Below are positions 23,803 to 36,350 of a stretch of DNA of 64,000 nt, piece by piece. The notes beneath the pieces are model-generated. The model was given only the letters and a program-made list of their open reading frames with translations, searched no databases and was not told the DNA's origin. The stretch is from Moniliella sp. 'wahieum' (Eukaryota). Numbering within the stretch: the stretch's first letter is position 1; each line of letters opens with the position of its first letter. The stretch covers positions 310,001 to 374,000 of the forward strand of contig RSEE01000020.1 of the NCBI GenBank assembly GCA_003971905.1, in the 5' to 3' direction. The translations under genes and the position numbers were made by a program.

Positions 23803-25215
23803 CTACCACTCGCTCAGCCAGCGCCGCAGCTATGACCATGTCGGTTAGTTTTGGTGCAATTTATTGTCACACAGTGTCAGCCGCAGAGAAAGCACACTGG
23901 CAAAGAGCCAAGATGATGCGTGTTGCGGCCCCTGGGGCAAACTCCTTCCCACGGTTTCTTCCACATGCCAACGTGTTGACCAAAGGGTATGTCAGGGGGC
24001 GACGATTTGACAAGTCGCCTTGTGACATGTGACACTAAGGGCGAGCCACCTCCGAGGTCACTCTTACCCTCTTACACATCCGGGCACCACACCAGCATCC
24101 CTATTCTCTCTAGTAGCCTTGTGTGTCACATGTCACTAGCTTCACTCCTCTCCTCCTTCTCCTTCTCCTTCCTTTTTCCTCAGTCCAACCCAGCTCCTGT
24201 CTTTTGCATAACTGCACTTCGGACTTCGCTGGGTAAGTCCATAATATAGGGGTAATAGTGCGAAGAGAGTGGCATAGTGAAGGGGCATAAACAAAACATA
24301 CAATAAGAGGCACACGAATATCATACCCCAAACAGAGAGAGGAAAACGGTGTGTAGAGGGAACAAAAAGTGGACTGCTGCGTTTGTATCCCGACGGGCAG
24401 AGTGTAACGCTGCGGCTGAAGAACGGCCCCCTGTGTTTTCGGTTAAGGTGCGTTCTTCCACAAAAATACGATAGTATAGACGCTCCCAACTTTTCACGTT
24501 CTGTTGTTCCGGTGTCAGATCTCAGAGATCCATCAGTGGTGCCTATGCCCATAGGTGTGAATGGTTGCCCGGCTCTGGACTACTCCCAATACTGACATGC
24601 GATTGTTTTGCCATGATCATTTAACCCCAGAGCGATATATAATTGCCTTTTTCATCTCATCACGATGACTCCAAAGGGAGAGTCGATCTTCGAACAGCGC
24701 GAGCACATCATACACAGAAAAAAAGCGACTCGACACCCCTATCACTCTCATCTTCTTATCAATTTGATCAACGTCATCAACCCCTCTCCATCATCTCCCA
24801 ATCGTCCCCTGGGCGTTTCTTCGTCAGGTACTGGCTCAACAGTATTTAGTGCCAACCGCAAGAATTGCCTATCCACATTGCTCATTATGATCCCGTGTCA
24901 CTACCTTATTCGAAATATGGTATGTGGAGGAGCACCATTGGACACCGTGGCGACAGCCATTTTGCCTATGCATCCTTCAAGAGGCGCCGACTTGCGTCTC
25001 GTCTCTGGTTATTGTTACAGGAGATGGGCAACTGGAGATTTACGATGACAAAAAGGAGACAGTCATGATGATGAAAGCTTTGGTGGCATTATCTTTCAAC
25101 AGTGGTCCCAGTGCCGCCTGCTTCTTACATCCGTAGTTACAATGACATATGAAATCCGATACGACATTCACTGTACTGCACATACCAGAAAGGGCCCTCT
25201 GTGCACCACGAAGAA

Positions 25216-25320
25216 AATGGTACTCCCATTTTCCTCAATGGTACTCCCATTTTCCTCAATGGTACTCCCATTTTCCTCAATGGTACTCCCATTTTCCTCA
25301 ATGGTACTCCCATTTTCCTC
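25216..25320. repeat. Perfect 21-bp minisatellite x5 (AATGGTACTCCCATTTTCCTC)
   Basis: Five identical contiguous units with no spacers. Confidence 0.97.
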
Positions 25321-25499
25321 ATATCCAGCAGCCTCCTCCCTCGCGTTGCCTCCGTTCTTCGGGCTTGTCTCCGTTCCCTGCTCACAAGAGGGCAATTATT
25401 GGGATTCGAGACACTGGATGTCGTATCGCAACTCCCCACGGAAGAATCTCAATAAGAGGTAATCATTATCCTGATGATGATGAAACCTGGAGTCCGGAA

Positions 25500-25720
25500 G
25501 GTCCTCGAGGGTGATGCAATCGCACTGGTGGTGGTGGTGGTGGTCTAAGCCAACCAGCAACGCCTACAGAGGAACATCAAGAAGCGAGTCGCCACTAGGA
25601 GCGGGCTAAGCTGCGGAACGAGGAAAAACAGGAGAGAGAAAACAACGGAACTCCCAGGCCCGAGGAGGAACTGAAGGGAAATTGGCCAAACCATGAGCCA
25701 CCCGATGGCTCAACAGATGA
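25500..25720 (+). repeat. Dispersed degenerate repeat family D, copy 2
   Basis: Collinear blocks shared with 12431-12660. The translations share LSQP.TPT.E, KQ.RENNGT and LKG.WP, with in-frame stops. Confidence 0.75.
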
Positions 25721-26044
25721 ACCAGCCTATGAAGTGTGATGCGCCTAATAAGGCTGAAGGTGTAATACAGACTCCTATCATTGACCACCTCTGGACAAAA
25801 TGGTCTGTGTCTGGGTTGATCGCATATGCAAATTGGACCTACAGCCCCATGCCATATGGGTTTGTCCCCTACACCCGAGGGAAAACAGGGGAGAAGGGGA
25901 TGTTTTGGATGCTCGTGTCCCAAACACGAGCTGGTGCTGGCCAAGGCCAGTGGGAGGCCCATAACGGATGTAGGCTAGACCAGGAGCAGAAACGGCACTT
26001 ATGATGATCCTGTCCGCCGACATGGGAAACGAGGAGGCGCATAT

Positions 26045-26628
26045 TTAGATGAGACCAATCTGGTTGGACACATCCAGCGCATCCTGGTCCTTGTGGAGAC
26101 GGATGTAAGCCTTCTTCTTGCCATCAGCGGGGATGAGGGTGTTGATCTTGGCCGCCTCGACAGAGTAGGCCTTCTTGAGAGCAGCCTTGATCTGGTGCTT
26201 GTTGGCACGGCGGTCCACAATGAAGACGAGAGTGTTAAACTCCTCAATCTTCTTCATCGCCGACTCGGTGTTGAGAGGGAACTGCAGCACCTGGTAGGCG
26301 TCCATGCGGGGAGCCGAGGGAATGCTCTTCCGCAAGTACTTGGGCTTGCGGGGAAGCGCCAGGGTCTTGGGGCGGTGGAAGGTGACATTGCGGCGCACCT
26401 TCTTGACGCGGGTGCCCTGTTGGCCCTTGAGGGCAGCCTTCTTGGCAGCAAGAGCCACCGACTTCTTCTCGGCTGTACAGACAGGGACAAGTTAGCATTC
26501 GTACTTCACGAGGTTGAAGAGGTGCAAACGACCGATAGCAGGAAAGACAACAACGCCAAAGATCACCACAGGGCGCCGCAGTCTTCCCCTCGGCCAATGT
26601 TAGCGCACTCACTCTTGACGATCGCCAT
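26045..26628 (-). CDS. RPL25: 60S ribosomal protein L25/L23a (uL23); intron 26473-26612
   Basis: Spliced [66 protein letters not shown]. Confidence 0.97.
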
Positions 26629-26816
26629 TTTGTCCAGGTTGGTGTGGTGAAGGGCCTGGATGAGGGCTGTGCAGATCGGCTTGCTCAACCAGCCGGGAGG
26701 CGCAGATGGCGAACGGGCAGTGTTGTCATACTTCGCACTATACCGCTGTTGGCCGCAGCCTTGCGCCACCACTCAGCCAGGGGGCAGTATAACATGGGAT
26801 GATTTTAGACTAGGTT

Positions 26817-26842
26817 AGTAGGGTTACGATGACAACCCTACT
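26817..26842. promoter_or_regulatory. Inverted telomere-like (Tbf1/telo-box-type) site in the shared RPL25/RPL17 promoter
   Basis: AGTAGGGTT-N8-AACCCTACT, a perfect 9-bp inverted repeat. TAGGGTT also recurs upstream of RPS24. Confidence 0.55.
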
Positions 26843-26926
26843 GCCCCGTTGTTTCCCGCCTTCTCCGCCCTGGGCGACATTGTCTGCTCTGCCGCCTACC
26901 TGACCGTCACCGCCAAGCCGTTCGCC

Positions 26927-27676
26927 ATGGTTGTGCGTATACACACTCGTCCCTGCGTTGTTACATGCCCGCTGCTTTTTCCCACTATGGCCTAGGCTGG
27001 CACCCTGCGTGTTGTGTTTTCGGGCAGTGACCTCGCCTTGTGGGGAAATGGCCAGGGCGGGCTAACGCAATGCCGTGCGGATCTGCTAACCCTCCTTACT
27101 TTAGCAATACGCTATCCGTGACTCGGACCTTGCCGAAAAGAGCGCCAAGAGCCGTGGGGACTACCTGCGTGTTCACTACAAGAACACGCGCGAGACCGCG
27201 GCCACGATCCAGGGCATGAAGCTCTCGAAGGCCTACTCATTCCTCGCCGACGTGCAGGAGAGAAGAAGCAGTGTGTGCCATTCCGGCGGCACAACAAGCA
27301 CGTTGGCCGCACGGCGCAGGCCAAGCAGTGGGGGTCTGTTACCCAGGGTCGCTGGCCCACCAAGAGCGCCAAGTTCCTTGTCGCCCTGCTTAAGAACGCC
27401 GAGTCGAACGCCGACCAGAAGGGCCTGGAGGTGGAGAACCTGCTGATCAAGCACATCGTCATCCACCGTGCCCCGCACACCTACCGGCGCACCTACCGTG
27501 CCCACGGCCGCATCAACCCCTACAAGGGCTCCCCTTGCCACGTTGAGATCCACCTCGTTGAGCAGGGCTCGGCTGTGCCCAAGACGGTTGAGGTGGCGGC
27601 CCCCCGCCTTAACAAGCGCCAACTCGCCATTCGCCGCAACGCCGCCGCCCAGGCCAAGGCTGTCGCTTCCGCCTAA
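26927..27676 (+). CDS. RPL17: 60S ribosomal protein L17 (uL22); intron 26933-27104; one indel ~27265
   Basis: [58 protein letters not shown]. Confidence 0.97.
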
Positions 27677-29513
27677 TGTGCCGGGCTTGCGCTTGTTCCT
27701 TTGCAATATGGTGGTTGCCATCGCCCTCCTTCCCCCTCGTGACGATCGCCTTGGTGCTTGTGGTTTGGCCCCCCTTTGACGGTGCGGGGCCACTGTCATG
27801 ATTCCGATTGCCTGCTCTCATGGCGGCTTTCCCTTCTGCACGTGTACTTCTGTACACATTGCTCCCGTCCAGCAATATTGCTGGGCGGAAACAAAATGTA
27901 CGCATGGCCATATGTCCTCACCATCGTCCCTTTAATAGAGTCTTAGCTGCCCTTCCTCCGGTTGTATCAAACCGGCCACGACGCTATTCGTATAGCCAGG
28001 ACTGTGGGTACACGCATCCCTGCAACAACATCCTTGTGACTCAAGAGCCACCAGGATGGTGCCTAAATCAATGAAGAACAACATTTTACCTGTTACAACC
28101 TTTTTAGGAGCATCGCAAGTGACATCCTACTCAAGACCTCAAGTCCCGATGCGATGCGCTGTTTGTTTTCCATCGAGAAGGCCTTCAAGCTCAGGATGAG
28201 GCATTTGTTTGGGTTGCTGCCACTCGAAGCTACTCCTCTTCCGCAACCACTTGCATACGCCGCTCCCAGTCCCTCGGGCCGGCCGGTGAAGGTTAAACGT
28301 TAAAATTGAAATCCAACAACGCGTCAAGGGTTGCATATTGCACGTTCCGGTGTTGAACAGATGAACTTTAAGCTTCAAGAGAAGCTTCAACGTCTTGAAC
28401 GTTGAAGTGAATATTGACTGTCGATCTCTACCAGATCTTGCAGAATGGTTTTATCACCATCAGGCGCTGAGAGATGTTGGGAACACGACTGGCGTTGGGT
28501 CATGGTATTGGGGGTTGGGGGTTGGGGGCTCAGGCTCAGCGTGGCTGGAACCAAGACGTTGAGCTGAACTGGGCCAGCTGTGTCCCACCAGCCCTATCTC
28601 AGCTAGGAGCACGGCGGGAGCTGGGCACACAGACGAGTGGAGAAGGACCCAAGATGGCGAAAGGCGGAGTGGGCGGAGGCCAGTCAGTACTAGCGAGAGG
28701 CGCCGAGAGACGCAGTATCCGCAGGCCTCATGCGGGGTGCGGGCCAGGGGCAATAGGCATCGAGGCGTGGAAGGGCAGGGCGTGGCGACGTGGTAACAAC
28801 ATGAACCCCCAGCAGGCCAAACGCGCGCCGTCTCAGCACGGCGGTCTCTGTCTGGCGCCGTGCGCTGCGCTGCGCGGCAGGCAGCCTGCTAGCGCGCAGC
28901 CCAGTCGAGGCACTGCAGGGCAGGCCGGGCATCGCCTGAAGCAGTCACCGCATGCACCGCCCAGTGATGCTAGTGACGCCGGCCACCACAGGGTGCTCGC
29001 GCTCGTCCAAGACGCGCGCCGTGACTGCCATGGCGGGGGCTGGCTTGGTGGCGCGCGCATGATGTATGGGCGCATGAGGCCAGTGTCATTGCCATCGACC
29101 ATCCTGCAACCTCTCTATGCTCGGTATATGTCGTGTTTGTCAGAGGGGACGGGGCAGTGTGCTGCTCTCCCACAGGCTCAGAGCCTGCAGGGGCTGCAAG
29201 CCTCACGCGTCATGACCACCGGGAGGCAAGGCAGGGAACGCACTGGCCCACACGATGGATGATGATCAGCACGACCGATGACTGATGACATGCATGATCT
29301 GGCCATTGCCATCCGCATCATCGTCATCAATGAGATCATCGATCCCCATCCTCAGCCGCGTACCACGTTCAACGTTCAGTACGTTCAACGTTCAACTCAA
29401 CGTTCAGCCACCCCCACCACCTCCACCTCCCCCCCACCACCTCCACCCCCACCTCCCCCGCCTTCCCTACTACCCCCACCTCCGCCCTTCGGCCCCCTGC
29501 TCTGCTGCCCACC

Positions 29514-32500
29514 ATGCCCGAAAAACTCGTCGTCATGGTCGGGCCAGACCGCTTCAATATGGAGGTCGCCCGCCTCAACGACGTCGAGCACCCGCACGAG
29601 ATCCGCTCCGAACACTTTGCGGTCGCGTCCTTGTCCGCATCTTGAATGCTCCCGGCGGCCACCTGGCGAGCCCGGGTACGAGTACTTTCGAGATCGTTCC
29701 CGCCGATTCGCCATCCAGATCGAAGGCCGCTTCACCCGCCCCTGGAGGGGGCTCTGAGATTATCTTTGGCACCCCTTGATCGCCTGATCGACTTTCCGCG
29801 CCGCCCTTCAATGCTGGCATGGCCGTGGCGCACATGATCGACCCCTGTGTGACTACGAGGAGCATCCGCCTTCCGGGCGCCCGTTTCATATGTCACCCTA
29901 CTGTGCTTGTGTCAACACACTGTGTGCGTGGCCTGCCCGCCCGTGCCCACGATGCTGTCGTTGTCCTCCAAAGCGCTGATACAGCCTCGGGATCAGCTTC
30001 TAACACCCACTCTCGCCGCACCAGCATCGATTCTACCCAACCTACTGGAAGCAGCGCCATCTCTCTCGCTCCTCCTGGCGAGCAGAGGGTGCGTCTCGTC
30101 CTCATCCCGACGAAGTGGACGGTGATGTGGTGCCTCTTCAAGCCCTGGATAGAACACCATCGATGTTCCTAAGAAGAAGCGCGGCTGGTTCTCTTTGGGG
30201 GGATCGAAGGACGAACGCAGGACAAAAAGCTACTGGCGCTTCTTAGGCTTCATGCAAGACCCACGTGTCCGTGCTTATCTATCCGCCACCACACCTCTCT
30301 CGACGCTTGGGCCATCAACCCAGCCACCACCTGCATCCCCACCCATCCTCCCCGCAAGAAAGTCATCCTAGTTCCAGTGTCGGATCCCTGCAGCCAACGC
30401 AATCTTCTCTCTCCCCCTCTCATCGGGCCAGGTTGGTGACCAGCAGCGGCGTGTGTCCAGCCTTGGCGACTCGGATTCCGGACCAGCTGTTAATGTTGTG
30501 TCGGCAACAGCACCTTCGGATGGCTCTCAGCCACTCGTATCAGTTCCTTCCGAGGACGCCAACTCGTCTCGTCTCTCCAACAGCTTGGTTTGGGCGCACA
30601 CGAGGCGGGCGGACAAACGCCGGACCCAGTCAAGATGCTTTCCCGGTCGCAGAGCGAGCTGTACCGGCGCTTGTCCGCCTCGATAGGAACGGGGGGCAAC
30701 AACACGCTGCACGAGATTGATGAGAAGAGCTGGATGCACTTTTGATGACCACTGCACCATCTACTCCTTTCCAATCGTTCGAAGACGTATCCCACATCCC
30801 CATGAAGCAACCCACTTTACCAGAGGAACCAGGGGAAACCCCGCTCAGCACGTCTTCAGCCGCCGCCACTCCTACACCAACGCAAATGGCATCCTCTGTC
30901 ACTGGCAACCCTTCTATTGCTAATATCCCAAAGTACGACGAACAGCCCATTCCCGAACCCGCTTCGTCCTCTCGACCCAGTCCTGTTGTACATATCGAAG
31001 AGCCCGGTGACCACGAGAAGACGGCACAGGAGAAGCGCAGAAAGCGCGGGTCCAAGATGATGCGTCGACTTAGCATGGGAGGCAAAGACAAGGACAAGGA
31101 CAAGGATCATGACACTGAGAAGGTCCGGTCGCCTTCACGTTCGCGCGATCGCATGGGTATGGGCCGATCGTTCGATCTATCGCGGGCATGTTGGACCCCA
31201 GGCACTCTCCCGTTGCCCCCGCTGATGATCATGGAGATGAATTGGCCCAGATCTTGGAGCAACGCGATGCGCCCAACCCGGCTCGCAAGTCGATCACGCA
31301 ATCCTTGTCTTCATCGTTAGGATTCTCGCGTGTACGAGGTTCGATGGACCTCCCTCGGCAGCCTAGTTTACCTTCCGGACAGGGGGCGCCCCTGGCCACT
31401 GTGGAGAGCGTGGAGCCGGGAGCAATGAAGGATCAAGTTCGTCGGCGCTTGACACTCTTGCTGTTCCCTCTATGACCAAGATGGAGCAAGCATCTCAATC
31501 GAACTCAAACAGTTTGGCAGTGTCAGAGCCTGCTTCTGGCAAGGATTCCAAGGACAAGCGGTCGTCCTACACTGGCAACATATTGAAGCGAATGAACCCG
31601 CTTAATCTGTTGAGCGGCGACAAGGATGGCAAGGATGGGAATGCGCATGAAGCTGGGGGGTCTTCTATTTCGGAGGCCCCACCTCGATGCAGGGCGAGGG
31701 AGAAAAGTCCGACTCGGGGCTGGATCGGATGAAGAGCAAGAACCATTCCAAGCGGCATTCGAAGTCTCGGCATACGCACGGATACGGCCCGCGTTGTTCA
31801 GCCAAAGATCAAGACCCTACTTCTCATCATCATCATCATCATCATCACCATGGTGATGGAGAGACTGAGGAGATGCCGGGTTCAGAAGGGGAGGCCAATC
31901 CGCACCTCCATGAGCTCAAGAAGAGCGGGGAGAAAACGCGTCAAGGGTGAGTTCACTGGCCCACAAGGTCGTCTTGCCTGGTCGAATGTTGGTGGACGGA
32001 GTGTCTTCGATTCCTGCACTCCCTTCCCGCGATCTCAGGGCACTTCTCCTCATCCCGAGTCTGAGGAGGAACCGGAGGCAGTACGGGTCAAGCCCAAAAA
32101 TCGTCTCTCGATGGTGTTACAGAGGGAGCCCAAGGAGGCTAAAGACGACGCCACCGCCGAGCCTAAACGCCGCTTTTCGACTCGCCTTGGCCGACCCTCG
32201 CGTTCCAGCACAAACCCCAGGCGGTCTTTGTCGGTCGATTTGCGATTTCGGAAGCAGAGCCCGCGGCCTCAGTCTCCTCAGCCGTTATCTACATATTTGG
32301 GCCCCCCCAATCGACCTGCGCCGTTGAGCACGTCCCCTCTGCCTTTGGTCTCTGACGAGGGCAAACCCGACTCTACGCCTGCCGGATCTGAGGCGAGAGC
32401 ATCGACCCTTCCATCTCCCCCACCTCCCTCGTCGGCTGTGGTTGCTGCTCCAACACCTCTACTTGTTCATCCTAAGCCCCGGCAGGCCCCTCTCCAGCTC

Positions 32501-33571
32501 GGGATCCACTCTGATGACGAGGACGAAGATCACTTGAACCCCTCGACTCCAGCCAGCTCACGAGGACATACCTTGCCTGCCCCCGGCTCTGACCGAGGCA
32601 AGCCCAAACCTGCTTCGTCCACTGCGGAGACCACTTCCTTCAGCGCCCCACAGTCGCCGCCTCGCATCTCTACTGAGCCTCCTCGTTCGGGCTCGGCCGC
32701 AGAGATCTACCATACTCACCCCTGGCTAACAGGGGGAAGCGAATTGCAACCAGTCACGTCGGGCTCGGGCCTGGTGCAAACGATGAAAGACGAGGGCAAG
32801 GGCGATGGGAAGGAAGTCTTCCGCCTGGCCGATCGGGTGCCTCGGATCTTTCGCAAACGCCAGTGTCGATGCACCAGCGGGTTCGGCGAACAGGACCAAC
32901 AGCCTGCGACATCGAACCATCGCACGCAGTCCTTCTGCCCCTCCCCTCTCTGCTTCGCGCCGCGAGGTAGGACGGGACCCGGTACCGTCGACCGTGACTG
33001 TGCCGAAGCATTCAGGCGCATCGCAGATCTCGCTGGGCCCGCAGGGGAGTACAAGGAAGGCGGACCTAGCTAAGAGGAAGCCGACACAGCCGCCCAAGCC
33101 TTCGGTCGCAGAGCGCTTGGCCCACGAGTCGGCGGAAAACTGGCGCCCGACGTTGGATGGCGAGCTGGGACCGTGGCGGTTCACCGATCCATCGGTGGAC
33201 ATGATTGAGGACAACACATTTGTCCTCCTCAATAAGTCGATGACTGTTCCCGAGCGGAGGAAGTACTTTGGTTCCTCGCAGCATCAGGAAGAGTTTGTCT
33301 ACGACCCGGACGTGGTGTATTCAACTGCCTTTTTCTAACATGATGGATGTACGTTGGCTTCCTCCCTGTTGGCGATGCACATCATACTGACTTTCCCTTC
33401 CCTCTCCGTCACCAGTTCAATACGTTTGACTTGGCCATCGGGATCGTGCGGATGAACCTGCGCCGGTTTTTCGGTGCCGGGATGCCTATCCGGTACACCC
33501 TCCGTGCCAAAGAAGACGAGGACATCTGCATGGCTACCATCTCTTTCCAGATCGTTCAAGAAGACGATTGA
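29514..33571 (+). CDS. DUF1769-family protein split by a ~1000-aa low-complexity insert; intron near 33349-33414; many indels
   Basis: N-part: IRSEHF.GRVLVRI, EYFRDRSRRFAIQIEGRF, IIFG, AHMIDP. C-part: ERRKYF, FVYDPDVVYS..FF, FNTFDL, MPIRYTLR. Confidence 0.75.
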
Positions 33572-33927
33572 TCCCCTTTTTTGTGGCGGTACCCCATTCT
33601 CCTCCCCCTCGCTTCTCTCGCGCATGTGATACGGCGCTAGTATCTGTCCCTGAATCCCCCCTCATACCCTACCACACTCTTTTATTTCCTTCCCCGTTAT
33701 TTCCTATTGGGCACTAGCCACACTCGCTTTGTCATCCCCTGCTCGCCCTCACATTGGCAGATAGCCGCATTCGCTCACTTGATCTCCCTCCTTTTGTGGT
33801 CATGCTCAGCGGGCTCCCCTGCTTCTTGGCGTTTTCACCTCGTTTCCCTGTTCCTGAACTAATGATGTTTCCTTTTTAATCTGCACTTGCCTTTGCTAGT
33901 AGTCTACCTCTTATGTGGGGTCTTGTC

Positions 33928-34035
33928 TCTAGACCACGTCCATTTCATTGACATAGCTTAAGGCTGGGACCGGGGGAACGATACATCTAAACCTAACCGT
34001 TCATCTTGCGGGGGTTACTTGGGGTGGCGTTGCCC
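33928..34035 (+). mobile_element. Dispersed repeat family H, copy 2 (truncated, more diverged)
   Basis: TCATTGACATAGCTTAAGGCTGGGAC..CTAAACCTAACCGTTCATCTTGCG..GTTAC matches copies 1 and 3. Confidence 0.6.
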
Positions 34036-34613
34036 AGTGAAGTAGACATCAGTGGCAGTGGCACGCCCTCCATGCTCGCTCAGCGCGGGAACCTTGGTGT
34101 ATTGTTCTTAGAGGCGGGAAACAGTGCTCGCTTACAATGCTGCTGATCGCCAAAGCAAACTGCAGTGGCCAAAGAGAAATGAGACTGTCTGCCTGCCTGC
34201 CCTTACAACGCAAGTTCCAGTGGCTCCAACTTCACCGTCCCACTACGATCCCCGGCCCAGAACTCCATAAGATGGGGCTCACCGTGGCCAATAAAGAAAT
34301 CCAACTACAGCCATACCTGCCCAAAGAAAAGCCTAAGCAGGGGTTGGTTTCATTGCCATGAGAGTGCTTGCAAAGCGGGGGCGAGGGGAAAGCCGAGCGT
34401 GGCCACATGATGGGCAATATGGTTGAAGAGGAAAGTCCAGCAACGCTATCGGACAAACAGAAGTCGTCCCCGCATAACAGCGGATAGATTTTGGTGCTTC
34501 GTGGCCCGAGAAAACCCCAGGGAAAGAAGCATGGGGGTGACAAACAAGCGGAACAAGGAGGGGGTCCCATGACATGCCAATCACGGTCATGGCGACAAGC
34601 CACAGTATTCCAT

Positions 34614-35165
34614 TTACTTCTTCTTGTTGTCCGATGCCTTGTTCTTGGCGGTGCCGAAGAACTTCTTGGCGCGTTCTTGCGCTCCTTCCTGAGCTTGCGA
34701 CCGGCGCCCTCAACCTTCTCGGCGAGACCCGAGCGGACGAGGCGGAACTTGGGCTCGAACTTCTTCTGGGCCTCGGCCGAGTCGTAGATCAGAGCAAAGC
34801 CAGTGGTGCGGCCGCCACCAAAGTGGGTGCGCAGGCCAAAGGTAACCACCTGCTCAGCGGGCGCCTTGTATAGCGCGCCAAGCTTCTCCGACAGCTCAGC
34901 ACGGCTCACGTTCGGGCGAGCGGGGTGGATGACCTCGAGGACGCACTGGCGGCGCTGGAGGAGAGCGTTACGCATAAACTTGCGCGTGCGCAGCGTCACT
35001 GGAGAGTTGGGGTCCTGGGAGCCCAAATTGTCAGTCATCCGCTCCATCCTGCTGTCTCTGTGGAGAGCCGGGCAACAGAAGGTCCGGGAACACGAGAGCA
35101 TCGCGCGCGCGACGTTCCGACATGGGTGCCCTCGACGCAGACCGACTGGGCATGCAACGTACCAT
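34614..35165 (-). CDS. RPS24: 40S ribosomal protein S24 (eS24); intron 35015-35162; indel near the 3' end
   Basis: [60 protein letters not shown]. Confidence 0.97.
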
Positions 35166-35525
35166 CTTGAGTGCTTGGTGGAGACAGGCCGGTGCTACGA
35201 GAGGCCGAAGCGGTGGCCATGCCTGGGCAAGTCTAGGGTTCAACGCTTATTCTAAAAAACTCGCCGCAGCCACCTCTAGTTAGGGTTGCCCTACCGCCAG
35301 CTGTCACATGTCAGGGTTATCCAATACGTTGTCTCTCGCATCAACCAGCGGCTCACGTGATGCGTGCGCGTGATCCAACGCTACAAAGACAGAATGCAGG
35401 CACCGGTGGCGATGTCCTTGTCCCTGCCACAGCAATCTAGCTACCGCCATTCACATCACTAGTCATTGCCCAGCCGCTCAACCTCGCGCTTTCATCCCGG
35501 TATGGTACAAATGGACCCAAAAGGG

Positions 35526-36334
35526 CTAGACAAACTTGACACCTTCTCCGCCCGACAAGCCCTGATCGGCAGTAAAAATCTGCGCACGCCCCGATTTAGT
35601 CAAGTCGTTCAGTGCGGCGCGCAGCAGCGGCAGGGGAAGGTTGCGATGTTCTGTGAGCAACCAAGCAGTCAGTACGGATGAGCCAGCAGAGGATGAGGGC
35701 AGAGACGGCGGCTTTGGACTTACCAGTGGTCTGGACATGTGGCCCCTCCGTGAGCTCAAAAAGAGTCATGATCGACTTGTTTTGGCCAGTTTCCTTTACC
35801 TGCCGGGGCGAGACCAAGCGAAGCGGGTCAGCAACAAGGGTAGAAAATGGTAGCAGTGACAGAAGACGTACCCAGTTGTAGATGATCTCCCCCCACTCTT
35901 CTGGTCGGCGCCAGAAGATCCAGAAGCGGGTAGCATCGTCCTTGGCCTTCTTTCCGGTAAGAATCGGGCCGCGGCCGTCATCCCACGCGGCCTGACCTGA
36001 CTGAACCAGATGGGCAGCAATGACGCGGGCAAATGCCGGGTTAATACGGCGGTTGATGGTCTGGTTGAAGAACAAGTCCGATCCAAGCGTCAGACCGCCT
36101 TGTCGCTGTTCGTTTTCAGCAGGAGGTGCCTCGGTCAAGTTCCACGTAAAAGGCGCGGTGCTGTCGCGCATAACTCAAGATCAAGTTGGTCCAGGCATCG
36201 AGTTGAGCGCTCGCCGTTTCAACGTGGGGCTGAGGAGTGAAAAAAGGAGGGAAAGAGTAGAGGCTGGGCCAGACAAAGCTCGAGGGGCCGGTGGGGGCGG
36301 CAACACGCGGGAAAGCAACAGATGGTTGGGACAT
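35526..36334 (-). CDS. VPS25: ESCRT-II subunit Vps25; two introns in the 3' half; indel ~36125
   Basis: FVWPSLYSFPPFFTPQP (PPxF/Y motifs), W..LILSY, LFFNQTINRR, IFWRRPEEW..IYNWV.ETGQ..SIMTLFEL, C-terminal GVKF. Confidence 0.93.
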
Positions 36335-36350
36335 CCGAATCGTAAGCTGA

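Noticed and set aside
24640..25070. VDLRTA peptide reminiscent of the gypsy RT motif DLR.AY
   Set aside because: No other RT motifs nearby; likely chance.
25216..25320. 21-bp repeats as a possible CRISPR array (also 56353-56448)
   Set aside because: Units are contiguous with no spacers, the context is eukaryotic and there are no cas genes.
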